Source: Cyanophora paradoxa CCMP329 (taxonomy: Eukaryota; Plantae; Glaucophyta). Taken from it: a DNA stretch of 64,000 nucleotides. A model generated the notes under the pieces. That model had not been told where the DNA came from, searched no databases, and was given only the letters and a program-made list of their open reading frames with translations. Within the stretch, counting starts at the first letter, position 1; every line of letters starts with the position of its first letter. The stretch lies in the NCBI GenBank assembly GCA_004431415.1, contig QPMI01000622.1, positions 62,001 to 126,000 of the forward strand, written 5' to 3'. Of this stretch, positions 23,675 through 35,280 are shown in pieces. The translations under genes and the position numbers were made by a program.

Positions 23675-26600
23675 ATGTCGGTCTGCCCTTCCGCCTGCGC
23701 TGCCGCGCGCGCCCTTCTCCGCGTTTGACGTCGCGGTTGCAGGGCGGGCGCCCGCCGGACAAGGGCGCCCGATCGCCGGGCTCCGATCCCGATCCTGACG
23801 CCGACACATGTGGCGTGTGCGGGTGAGGGCGCTCGCCTCTTCCCGCGTGGGGGTTGGGTTCGATCCCGGGGTCATGCAGGAATGCGTCCGGTGGCCACTG
23901 GATCCAGTGCGAAGGCGCGTGCAAGGGCTGGTTTCACTGCAGGTGCGTCTCCCTGCGCGTTGACGTTTGCCCGGCCCGGCGCGCGCCCGGTCTCTGACTG
24001 TCCTCAAAAAAGGTGCGTTAGAGTCTCGGCGAGGGGGGCGGAAGCCATCGAGAGCTGGGTGTGCCCGAAGTGCGGCGAGCTTCCAGCCCGAGCGCCCGTG
24101 AGTGCCCCCCCGCGCCCGACCGCCCGCTCCCCCTCGCCCTCCGATCTCACGCGCTTCGTGCGCAGGCTCCCGATGCTGCAGTTGGAGCCGCTCGGGGTGC
24201 GCAGGCGAGCTCCTCGAGCTCCGGCCAGCGGGGGGCGGCGGCGAGCACCTCTGAGGGGGGCAAGCGGCCCCTCTCGCCCGCGGCGCCGGGCCCCTCCGAC
24301 GTCGACCAGAAAAGGTCCCGTCGGGGCCGGGCCGAAGGCGGTCGGGGCAAGCGGGGGGGCCCGCATGGCGCCCCCGCCGCCGGCGCCGATGATAAACGGG
24401 CTCGGCGGGGCGGCGGCGGCGGCGGCGGCGGCGGCGGAGGAGGAGGAGGTGGCGGCGGCGGCGGCGGAGCGGCGGCGGCGGAGGTGGCGGCGGCGGGGGG
24501 TCGGCGCGAGGGGCGCCGGCTGCGGCGGTTGCAGCGGGCCGATCCCCGCCAACGGGGACGGCGCCGTGCGCTGTGCGGGGCCGCGCGGGCGCGGACGCTG
24601 CGGCGCCGCCCACCACGAGTGTTGCCGCGATCTGGCTCCGTTCAAGGGCGTCGTTGAGCTCCAGCAGCCGGGGCGCTGGCGGGCCCAGCTCGCCGTACCT
24701 GGAGAATCGCAGCCGGCGGTCAGCGATGGTCACCTTTCGCCCGTCGCGGCGGCCAAGGCGTACGACCGCATGGTCATCGCCCTGATCGGCCCCGAGCGGG
24801 CCAAGGAGGAGGGCCGCACGAACTTCCCGCCGTCCGTCTACCTCTGCGAGCCGTTCTTCCGGAACCCTTGGAAGCCGCCGTTGGATGCCAGGGTGCGCAG
24901 AGGGGCGCGCGCGGGTCCCCTTTAGGGTCCCGTTCAACCCCCGCCCTCTCCTCGCCCCCAGGCCAGGCTGCAAGAGGTCCTCGATGCCGTCGCTGCGCTG
25001 GACGCGGAGCGGGCGCGGGGAGAGGAGGAGGCGGTGAAGCGGCGGGCCAAGGCGAGGGGCGACAAGGCGAGGCGGGCGGCGGAGAGGGAGGCCAAGGCGG
25101 AGGCGCGGGGGGCGGGGCGGGGCTCCAACGACGGCGCCCCGCATGACAAGTACAGGGGCGTCAGGCGCTACGCGGAGGTCTCCAGGGTCTACTCCTGGAG
25201 GGCTGAGCACGAGTTCATGGGCCTCACGGTGCTCGCGCCCCCCCTCTCGAGCTCGCATCCTCCCCCGCCGCTGCTGACCTCGGCCCCCCCCCCCCCCCCC
25301 GCGCAGCTGCACCTCGGAACCTTTGGGGCGCCCGTCTCCGCCGCGCGGGCCGTCGATCGCGCGGTCATCGTCCTGCGCGGTGCCGAGGAGGCGAGCTCGA
25401 GGGGGCTCACCAACTTCCCCGTCGCCGGCTACCTCTGCGAGCCCTCCCTGCGGAGGCTCCTCGCCCCAAAGGGGCCCGCCATCGGCTCCCGCCACCCCGA
25501 CATCGTCGCGGCGCGCGCCGGCGGGGGCGGGGGCGGCGGTCCTCCGACGGAGGGCGTCGTGGTGCGTCCCCTCCCTCCCTCCCCTTCTCAGGGGTCCCGG
25601 CGGGTCGTGATTCCTTCGTGATTCCTTTCGCAGCGCGCGGTGCAGGCGGCCGTCGGCGCCCTCCTCGCCGCGAGGCGGCCGGGCGGGGGCGAGAGGGGCC
25701 GCTGGTACTGCCCCTGCTGCCGCCTGGACGCCGGCGCTGCGGCCGTCGCCGCATACATGCGGACGAAGTACAGGCTGTGCGCGCCTCTCGCCCCCGCCCC
25801 CCCTCCGCCGCGCCCGCCCGCTCTCCGTCTGACCGACCGCGCGCCTTCCCCCTGCGGCAGGCGTTTCAAGGCGGAGCACGTGCAGCCCCACATCGCGGCG
25901 GCCGCGGAGCGCACGGGCTACTTCTGGGAGCTGCTGCGCGCCGCGAAGCCCGCCCTCGAGTTCTACGCCAGGGGGGGTCTCCGCGTGAAGCAGGCCTCGG
26001 AATCCGTGCGCCCCCCCCCCCCTCCCCCGTACCCCTGTCTCGTCCCTTCACTCCTTCGAACCCCTGACTCCTTCGAACGGGCGCAGCTCTACCGCCCCGT
26101 CAAGCCCCCCCCACCCTCCTCGAGCCCTCCCTCCCCCTCAAGCTCTCCCGGGCCAGACCCCCCCGGCCCCCCCCGGCTGAAGGTCGTGAAATCCGAGGGG
26201 TGGGATCCCCTCACGAGGCGCCGCTTCGGCGACGGCGCGAGGCACGGCGTCAAGATGTACAGGACGGATCCGCTGGCGGGGTGGGAGAGCGTGCGGGGCG
26301 CCGTCGAGAGCTGCAGTGCGCGGACGTACCCCCCCTCCGACTCCGCGACCCCCTCCTCCCCTCCCCAAAGCCTCACCCTGCACCCCCTCCCTCGCCCCAG
26401 TTGAAGAGGAGGCGAGGGCGGAGGCTGCCCGGAGCGCGGAGGAGCGGGAGGAGGAGCGGAGGGCGGCGGAGGCCGCGGGCGTGTCGAAGGCGGAGCTGAA
26501 GAGGCGGGAGGCGGCGAGAGCGAAGGCCGAGGCGGCCGAGGCGGCCGAGGCGGCGAAGCCGCGCCTGGCGACGCTCGTGTACGTCCTCCGGCGCTGCTGC

Positions 26601-28998
26601 CTCGAGGGCGAGACGAGGGACCGGATCTGGCGGGAGATCGTGGCGGCCGCCATCGTCTACAACGCCTGCATCGGCCTCATCAAGCTCCACCGCTGGGTGC
26701 GTGCCGGACCCTGCCCGCTCAGGCGCGTTGCTGACGCCCCGGCGCGCGCGCTTCGCCGCCCCTGGCCCCCAGATCGTCGACGACCTGAGCCAGAATGCAG
26801 CGCGCAACCTGCTGCATCGTGCCTTCGCCAACGTGCACACCTACACCGGCGACCGCGCGGCCCCTCGGCGCGCTGCCTCGGAGGGGTTGTCCGAGGCGTG
26901 GGCGGGGCTGGCCGAGGAGGTGACGGAGGAGGGCCACTACGACCTCGTCATCGCGGGGCGGGGGGCGATGCTCGCCGAGCTGGGCCCCGAGGAGAGGCGC
27001 TGCTTCCACGGGGCGCTCATGCACACGCGGGAGGCGGCGGCGGACGACGCGCTGCAGGCGGCGAGGGAGCAGATCGCGCGGGGCAAGCCGCTCAAGAACC
27101 TCAAGTGCGGGGATGCCCACTCCCTCACCCCTGAAACCGATTCCCCCCTTAATGTTCTCGCGCGCAGGGATCGCAGCCTGCGGAGGCGGCAGTGCTCCGT
27201 CGTCGTCAAGTCGGGCGACTACAACAGGGGTCTCGGGGCCCACTGGGGCTTCCTCAAGATGCTCCCCACGCACGACGGGCCCCTGCCGTCCGCGATCGAG
27301 CACGACGCGCGGCTCGTCCTGAAGCCGAGCGGGAGCGTGTGGTGCGTGTCAACTTCCCACTCCTTCCCAAACCCCTCCTTTCGCTTCGCTCTCGTTGAGC
27401 GTGGGGAGCGTCGCAGGTTCTGCATCCCCGTCGAGATGGAGAAGGCGCGCGCGGCCCGCACGACGAGGGTCATGGCGCGGACCTTGCCGGCGGAGGGCGA
27501 CTGCGAGGCGAAGACGACGGTGGCCCGCACCGTGCCGGCGACCTCTCGCCGGCGGAGCCCCAGGGACCCGGCGGGCGACGGGGGCGACCGCGAGTCCGAG
27601 CTGGCCCGCGAGGCCTGGCTGGAGCTCCGCGGCAAGTCCCTCGTCGCCGTCGACCCGGGCTCCCGCAAGCACATCTCCTGCTTCTGCCCGGACGGGCGGG
27701 CCTTCGAGGTGCGGTGGTCTCGCCTTCTCCCCCTTTGTCGTCCATCCGACGACGCCCCTCCCCCGCGCAGTTCGGTGCTGGTCTGTCTCACGCACGGGAG
27801 CCCGCACTGAGGCGGGCGGCGGCGCTCATGGCCAAGTCGGAGCTGAAGCCGGGCCCCGCTGCGTGCGCCCCCCCTCCCTCCTTCCTCCCTCCCTCCCTCC
27901 GCGCTCCCTCCCTCCCTCAATCGGTTTGCCAGGGGCGGGTCGGCCCCGCTCAGCGCTCGCACGCGCCGCCGGCTGCGGAAGAAGGCGCTCCGGTTGATCG
28001 AGCACGAGCGCAACGTGGGGCTGGACGCCCTGCGCGTCATCGCGCGGTGCGCCCCCCTGAGTGCTGCAGCCTCTGCGTGGCCTCTGCGGTTGACACCCCC
28101 CTCAGGTTCCTCGTGGAGAACTTCGACTACATCATCATCCCGGAGTTCCGCACGAGCGAGATGGTGCGCTAGCGCGATCGGCGTCGGCCCTCCGTAGGCA
28201 ATGGGCGGCAGGTCCGGCGCAAGGGGCGGATTCTCGGGGCCGCCGCTGCGCGCCAGCTGCTCTACTGCCGCCACTATGAGTGAGAGCGGCTGATTCTGGT
28301 TCTGGTTCGGGGGGGCTCACTGCTCGCCCGTCGCCCTCCACAGGTTCCGCTGCATCCTGCAGCAGGCCGCCCTGCACCGCCCGGAGTGCACGGTGCTCCT
28401 CGTCTCCGAGCACTACACCTCCAAGACCTGCGGGGCGTGCGGGTGTCTCCACACGGAGCTCGGCGCGGACGAGACGTTCCGCTGCCCGAGCTGCCCGGCG
28501 GAGATGGACCGGGACCTCCAGGCCGCCAGGTGAGTGAATTGACTAGTCGTGGCAACCTCCGCTAGAATCGTAATCGCAACCTCCGCTATAGCTGAACCAG
28601 TAGAATCGTAATCGCAACCTCCGCTCCTTAAATCGTAATCGCAACCTCCTTAAATCGCGATCGTAATCGCAACCTCCGCTAGAATCGTAATCGCAACCTC
28701 TGCTAGAATCGCAATTGAATCGTAATCGCAACCTCCGCTATATCTGAACCAGTAGAATCGTAATCGCAACCTCCGCTCCTTAAATCGTAATCGCAACCTG
28801 ACCGTCTGTAATCGCAGGAACATCCTCCTGAGGTTCCTCTCGGGCGTGGACGCGGGGCTCCGCCTCAAGCCCCTTCTGCTGGCCGGCTCCGGCCCGCTGC
28901 GGGCCGCCCCTGCGGCCGCCCCCGCCCCCCAAGCTGCGGCGCAGTCCGCGTCGATCGCTGCTCGTAGGCAGCTCGCTACGCCGGCCTCGTCGTCGTAG
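23675..28998 (+). CDS. Fanzor2-like (IS607-TnpB-derived) RNA-guided RuvC nuclease with N-terminal PHD finger and two AP2 domains (~19 introns)
   Basis: RuvC-I LVAVDPGSRKHISCF (D at 27652); FLVENFDYIIIPEFRTSEMV; RQLLYCRHYEFRCIL; VSEHYTSKTCGACG (E at 28408); FRCPSC; RuvC-III DRDLQAAR|NILLR (D at 28513); AIVYNACI helix and HDARLV..W|FCIPV wedge motifs. Upstream are the PHD (23809-24073) and AP2 domains (24641-24830, 25148-25420). One frame change is needed at about 24400-24520. Confidence 0.88.
28547..28817. repeat. Array of 8 x AATCGTAATCGCAACCTC filling the last Fanzor intron (28530-28817)
   Basis: Seen directly. The core is the reverse complement of the 17652-18553 array core. Confidence 0.92.
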
Positions 28999-29160
28999 TT
29001 TGGGCAGGATAGGGGGACCGCGTACCCCCCTACAGCGGGCCCTGCCTGCGTTGCTCGCAGGCTTGTCGCCCCCGTAGGTAGCACAGACCCAGCTCAAGCT
29101 CCTGCGATGTCCGCAGCTAGCATGCCTGTGTTATCAATGCGCTGCTCGAGAGATGCATAC
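28999..29160 (+). ncRNA. Candidate Fanzor omegaRNA scaffold
   Basis: Lies immediately 3' of the Fanzor stop. Stems: TAGGGGG/CCCCCTA (29010-29032), GCCTGCG/CGCAGGC (29044-29062), CTGCG/CGCAG (29102-29116). Boundaries are a guess. Confidence 0.4.
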
Positions 29161-29757
29161 CCCCTTCGAAACACTTCTGCGTCCGTGTACCCCCAATGGT
29201 GACGGTGACGCAGCGAACCAATTGGACCAAATTTTCACCGAACAGACTGTGGTAAACCTGAACAGATCATGATCGGTTGGGGTTGGGTCAAGTAAAGCCG
29301 TTTGAACTTACGGAGCTCGCAGCTTTATCCTCCACGCGTCTCAGCCGCGTCTGCAAGCAGGTCGATCCAGCAAAAACTGCAAGTCTGCAAAGCGTTGCTC
29401 CCTGCGGCGAGGCGTCCTCTCTTCGAAGGCTTGCCCAGCACCCCCCACGCGTACGGTGCGCCGAACTGGCTACGTCCAGACCCGATATCCGACAGGCCGA
29501 CGCCCGATGCGCTGTGACGCGGGCCCTCTTTGGTCGCGCCGTCGAGCGAAGAGCACGTCCGGCACACGAGCACTCCTTCCCTGACACGTCTCCTTCGTCG
29601 CAGATCCGTCAGCGCCCGCTCCTCGCCCCGGACCACCAGGTCAGTTGCAGCCGCCCATTTGGGCGCGTCCGCGCGCCTCTCCGGTCTTTCCGCCGACGAC
29701 CGGCGCAGACCTCAAGGCACCCGTATATTTGAAGTGCAGCAGAAACAGCGCGGCGAG

Positions 29758-31214
29758 ATGGCCACCGCAGTGCCGCCCGTTACTGTGAACAACGAGCCGG
29801 TCAAGGCTCCCGCGTCCGGCGAGTCCCTCACGGCGACTGGCAGCAGCCCGCCGCCCCAGAAGCTCGTGCGTCGCTGCGCTGTCGACGTCGACGCCCGCCG
29901 CGTCGACGGGCCCGCGCCTGCGGGGTTCGCTGACAGGAGCCGGGGCCCGGCCTTGGCGCGTGCGCAGGTCACGAGCGTGCCGACGGTGCAGGCGCTCAAG
30001 GACGTCTTCCGCTCCGTCCCGCTCCCCGTGACCGTCGTCGCCGTCGCCGCCACGCCCGAGTCCCACAACATGCCCTTCGGGTGCGCTCCGGGCGCGCCCT
30101 CGCCTCGCGATCGCCTCCCGGCGGGCGGGGCCAACGGGCGGGGCAGGATGACGGCGAACTCGGTGGCTGCCTGCTCGATGGAGCCGCCCCGCATCTCCCT
30201 CAACATCATGAAGGCCCGCCCCGCGCCCGCGCCCCGCCCCCCCGCGCCACGACTCGAGGCGGCACGCGCAGGGCTCGATGATGCACAAGCTCATGTGCGA
30301 GGTCCCCGAGGAGCGCCGCCTCCCCTTCGTCGTCCACGTCCTCGCCCCCGAGCAGGAGGCCCTCGCCGGCAAATTCGCCTGTCCGCCCCCGCCCGCCCGC
30401 CCCGCTCCGACCCGCCCGCCGCTCACGCGCGTCCTGCGCCGGCGCAGTCCACAAGCCGGGGGAGCCTTCGCAGTTCGACGCGGTGCCGCACGAGCTGGAC
30501 CCCGAGACGGGGGTGCCGATGCTCTCGGAGGCGTGGTCCCTCTTCAAGTGCACCCTCCTCCGCGTCATCGACGCCGGCGACCACTCCCTCGTCGTCGCCG
30601 ACGTCACCAAAACCATCCGCGCCCAGTCCCGCTCCCCCGTGCCCCACGCCTTCCCCGCCATCTGGCACGCCGGCCACACCCAGGAGCCCACGGCCGTGTG
30701 CGGGGCGGCCCCCAAGCCGCTGCCGCAGGTGGAGTGCGGGTTCGCGACGGTGGCGCACCGGCTGCCGCGGCCGGCGGTGGCGATCACGACGCAGGAGGCG
30801 TGCGCGATGTCGGACGCCTTCCGCCTCCTCTCCCTCACCCCGCCCCTCTTCTCCTTCACCATCAAGAAGAGCAACGCCACGCACGAGTCCCTCGCCCAGG
30901 CCGGCGCCCCCTTCCTCCTCCGCATGCTCGGCGGCGCCAAGGGCATGGGCGGCTCCCTCGCGGACGCCTCGTGCCGCGTGCTCGAGGCGCACGACGTCGG
31001 CGACGCCTCGCTCATCGTCTCCGAGCCGATGCTCCTCTCCACCATGGCCCCCACCCCCGCCGACCGGGCCGCCGGGGCCATGATGGCCTACGGCCACCGC
31101 GACACGCCCAACTTCTGCTCCGCGAGCCCCACGCCCCCGGCCCCCGCCGCCCCCGCCCCCGCCCCCGCTCCGCCCGCCACCCAGCAGCCGGCCGCCCCCA
31201 CCGCCTCCGCCTGA
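29758..31214 (+). CDS. Flavin reductase-like protein with a degenerate second domain (multi-exon)
   Basis: LKDVFRSVPLPVTVV..GMTANSVAACSMEPPRISLNI..FVVHVLAPEQEALAGKFA..GVPML..DAGDHSLVVADV, followed by a second repeat (LSLTPPLFSFTI..HDVGDASLIV). Confidence 0.85.
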
Positions 31215-31956
31215 GCTCCTCGCCAATCTCTCGCCGGCGGCCGGCGCCCGACCCTCCGCTGTATGTATGTATTTCCGCAGTTTTTCCGCCCTAGCCTTCG
31301 AAGCCATCACGCAGTATCATATGCTTTTATGAAAAGTACCCAGCCTGGCAGCGCCAGCGCAGGCGGATGTAGAGGCGTCCTTTCTTTTCGAAGAGCGCTG
31401 CAGTTGTTCAACATTGAACATTCGTATTCATTATTAGCACCCCGGCCCGCAGAATATTAATACCGAATTTGGAAAGCACGCTAATATTGACCGTTATGTA
31501 GTTTATAACCCCTAGGCTTGTGAAAGCTCTCTATAGCTAGTTCTTTTTCGCAGCAGTAGCAACTGTAAGACGCAGTGCACCAACTGCGCTTGTCATTCAT
31601 AGTTGCCAGTGAATGTGAGATGTCAATAGTGTCATTCCAATGGATTCGAATTCGCGACCCGCGCAAGCGCTGTCAGGCTTGACTCAGTGAGGCCGGCGGC
31701 CTGCAGCTGGCCAGTCACTGAGTGGGTGGCAGGAGGCGCCGCCGCCGCCTCCGCGCCAGTGTCCATTACAATCGGGATGGCAGTCTAGATCTGCCGGCAT
31801 GTTCACGCCGGGTGCGCCGGCTGGAAGGGCCGCAGGGGCGACGAGCTCGAGGGGCAGGGCGGGGCGCGTGCCGGCCCCTGCGGAGCTGCCGCCGGGGCAG
31901 AGGCGAAGGGGAGGCGAGGCGGGGCGGTGGGGAGGGCGCGGCGCCGGGCCCGGGGA

Positions 31957-34694
31957 TCAGTCGTCGGAGTGCTGGCGGCAGCCGGCGCCGGTGAAGTGCG
32001 CCGCCGTCCGCTGCACCCGCGCCCCGCACGTGTAGCAGTACCCTGCCCCCCACGCCCCTTAGCGCCCGGCCGGAAGGCGGGTGCGGAGCGGGGCGGGGGG
32101 GCGGGCCGTGGCGGCAGTAGAGGCAGCGGATGTGGTTGTTCTGGTCGACCTTCGGATTGAAGCGGTTGCAGACGGGGCAGACGCGGCCGCGCGGCAGCTG
32201 GTCGCCCCGCCGCGGCACCCCCACGTTCATGATCGCCCGGTTCTGCGCTCACCCAGAGCGTCGGCGCCGGCAGCCGCGCCGCCGGCCAAGGGGCGCGCGG
32301 GGGGCGGCGCGCGGGGCGGGGCACCATGGCGTTCATCTGGGCGTTCCAGCCTGCGCGGAGGGCGGCCGGTCGGGGGCCGCTGGGGCGAGAGCAGCGCGGG
32401 GCGGGGCGGGGCGGAGCGGGCGCACGGTTGATCTCCTCCTGGTCGAACATAACGCACGAGCCTGGGGAAGGGAGAATCGCGTCCGGGAGCGGGGCGGGAA
32501 GGGAGAGTCGCGGTCGCCGGCCCCCGCACCGTCCCCGAAGTGATCGTAGCCGTCGATGATCTGGTTGCACTTCCTGCGCCCGAGCCGCTCGGCCGGCGGG
32601 ATGGGGCGGGGCGGGCGGGGCAATGCGGGCGGGGCGCGCCAGCAGAAGAACTTGTTGCAGTTGAAGCAGGTCATCTTGTTACAGCCCTCGGTCTTCTCGA
32701 TCGGCTGCGGGGGCCTCGGCGGGGGCGGCGGGGCGGGGCGGGGCGGGCGGGCGCGGGGCGCGGGGCGCACGAACTGGCAGTTGGGGCACTGGCGGACGCC
32801 GATCTGGGCCATGTACTTGCGCGTGCTGGGCGGCGCGTGAGGCGGGGCGGCTCGGGCGGGGCCGGGGCGGGCGGGCGGGGCGGACAGGAGCTCTTGGTAG
32901 AGTGCGAGCTCGCGCCGCCGCTGCTCCGCCGCGTCCTTCCCCACCGCCGACGCCCTGCGCGCCCCCGCTCACGCCTGCGCGGCGGCCAAGGCGGGGCGGG
33001 GCGCGGCGCACCCTCCTTGCGGCGGCGCTCGACGGCGGCGAGGCGCTGCTCCGTGCTCATGCACGCCCCCGCGTGCCACGCTGCCCGCCACCTCAGAGGG
33101 GCCCCAGCGGCCCCGCGGGGCGGGGCGGGGCGCGCCGTCGTGGCAGAGGGTGCAGAAGGCGAAGAAGCAGCGCGTGCAGCGGCCGCTGTTCCCCGTCTCC
33201 TCGATCACGGGCGTCCGCGTGCCCTGCTCCTCGCAGCGGGGGCAGTAGACCTGTGTGGGCCCCGTCGCGCCGGCGAGCGGGGATCGCGGCGGCGAGCAGG
33301 GGCGGGCGGCGGGGGCGCGCCATGTCGCCGAGGGCGTCGATGGTCTTCTCCAGCATCACCTGCCGCCCCGCCCCCCGCCCCCTCAGCCCGAGCCCCAGCG
33401 GTTCGGGCGGGGCCGGCGGGGCCGGCGGGGCGCGCCTCCTCGTACTTGGCGAAGGTGGCGCCGTCCACGAGCGCCTTCACCATCCACGGCGGCAGCGGCT
33501 CCCGGCACTGCACCCCCGCCCAGCCCCGCCCGCTCGCCCGCTGGGGACGGAGAGGGGCGGGGGAGGGTCCACCTTGCCCTCCGGGTCGGGGCAGCGGAGC
33601 TTGAACACGGCGCTCTCCTGCGCGCCGCGCGGTGGGCGAGCGGGCGAGCCGGCGAGCGGCCGGGGCGCGCACGCCGATGAAGAGGTTGCAGAGGTGGGCG
33701 AGGCAGTCGTTGCAGGCGACGTGCCGGCACGGCAGCCGCTTGCACACCCGCCCGGGCTTCTCCTCCATGCACACTGCCGGCACCGGCGAGTCAGGGGCGG
33801 GGCGGGGCTCGGGGGGTGGCGGGGGCCGGGGACCGGGGCAGCGCTGCTCGACGCGCTCGAAGAGGGCGTTCTCGCGCTCGACGCTGTGGCGCAGCAGCTG
33901 CAGCATCGCCGCCTGCACGCTGCCCCCGCACTCGCTGTCCACCCGCTCGTCGTCCTCCTCCCCGTCCCCCTCCGGCGCTGCCGCGATGCGGAGCAGGATC
34001 TCCGCGGGGCGCGCGTCGAGGAAGGCGAGGGACTCGGACTTGAGCCACTCCGCCCACTCGAAGACGACGGGCGCGCCGGGCACGAAGAGCGCGTCCAGCC
34101 GCGCCGCGAGCCGCCGCAGGTCGCCCCGCGTCAGCCAGCTTGCGCTCAGCTCCAGCGACGGCGCTGCACCGGCCCCCTCGGCGCACGGCGGCGCGGCGGC
34201 GCGCGGAACGCACGGGCGGTCGCCGGGTACTCGGGGCCGAACTCGACCGTGAGGCGGATCTGCGGCGCGGCCGGGGGCCGGTCGGAGGGCGCCGCCGGCT
34301 CGCGCGAGGCGCCGGGCGCACGGGGGCGAGGTGCTGCACTGTCAGGATCGCCCCGCTGCTCGCCGTCCTCTCGATGCCCGGCCCGGGCCTCAAGTCGCCC
34401 GAAGCGGTCGAGGGACCGGCCCCGGTCGAGGGGCCCGCTTGCGAGGGCCCCGCGCGAGAGGCGAGCGCGTCGCCGGGCACTCGGAGCGTCAGCGGCTTGG
34501 ATGGATCGCCTCGGTCCACGCTGCAGAGGATCTGCGATCCAGCGTGAGCGCACTCGTGGGGGTGTAGCGCTCCGGCGTGCCTGGAAGCGGAAGGGATCGC
34601 CCTCCGACAGCGGGACATAGTCGTCGCCATAGATGCTCTCGAGGACCTGCACTTCGTCGCGCTGCGCCTCTAACGTCTCGGCGGACGCGGGCAT
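31957..34694 (-). CDS. RWD-RING-IBR-RING (RBR) E3 ubiquitin ligase, RNF14/ARA54-like (multi-exon)
   Basis: [14 protein letters not shown] (RWD), [13 protein letters not shown], Cx[50 protein letters not shown], and a C-terminal [13 protein letters not shown]. Confidence 0.9.
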
Positions 34695-35158
34695 CGGTGC
34701 GGAGTGCAGTCCGAGTGCAATTGAACAAAACTCGGCCTGTGACACGCGTCTACGGGTACAGCACACACTACGTGTATATGGTACGACTTCGACGCTGTGA
34801 ACAAAGGGAGTGTCCTGGGGAACGGAGCCCCTCTATCCGGTCTACGCGCTAACCGGCGCCGCACAAGACTGTGGGCGGAAGAGGTTGGTGGTCAACCAAC
34901 CGGGGGGAGAACTAGCTAGCGCAGCTAATTCATCCTGCGATCGTAATCGTAATCTGCGCGCGAGAGCCACGCGCGCGTACGGAGCGTTAGCGATCCTGGG
35001 AGAGCCACGGCCACGGCCGTCGCACCTCGCGAGCTCGATCGAGGATGACAGCGCCCGAGGACGCAGCGCCGGCGCCACGCACCGGCGCCGCCGAGCTGCA
35101 TGCGCAGCTGCCTTCGCCCAACGCAGAATGCCGAGCTCGCACTCCTTGCGCACGCTTT

Positions 35159-35280
35159 TAAACGCGCTGAAACGCAACCGCCGCGCGCTGAAACGCAACC
35201 GCCGCGCGCTGAAACGCAACCGCCGCGCGCTGATCATGAAACGCAACCGCCGCGCGCTGATCATGAAACGCAACCGCCAC
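35159..35280. repeat. Minisatellite TGAAACGCAACCGCCGCGCGC x5 in a divergent intergenic region
   Basis: 21/27-bp units seen directly. Confidence 0.9.

Noticed and set aside
28547-28817. CRISPR-like array beside a RuvC nuclease
   Set aside because: Spacers are only ~5-19 bp and themselves repeat (GCTATA.CTGAACCAGTAG twice, GCTCCTTA twice), which indicates a higher-order tandem duplication rather than unique spacers.
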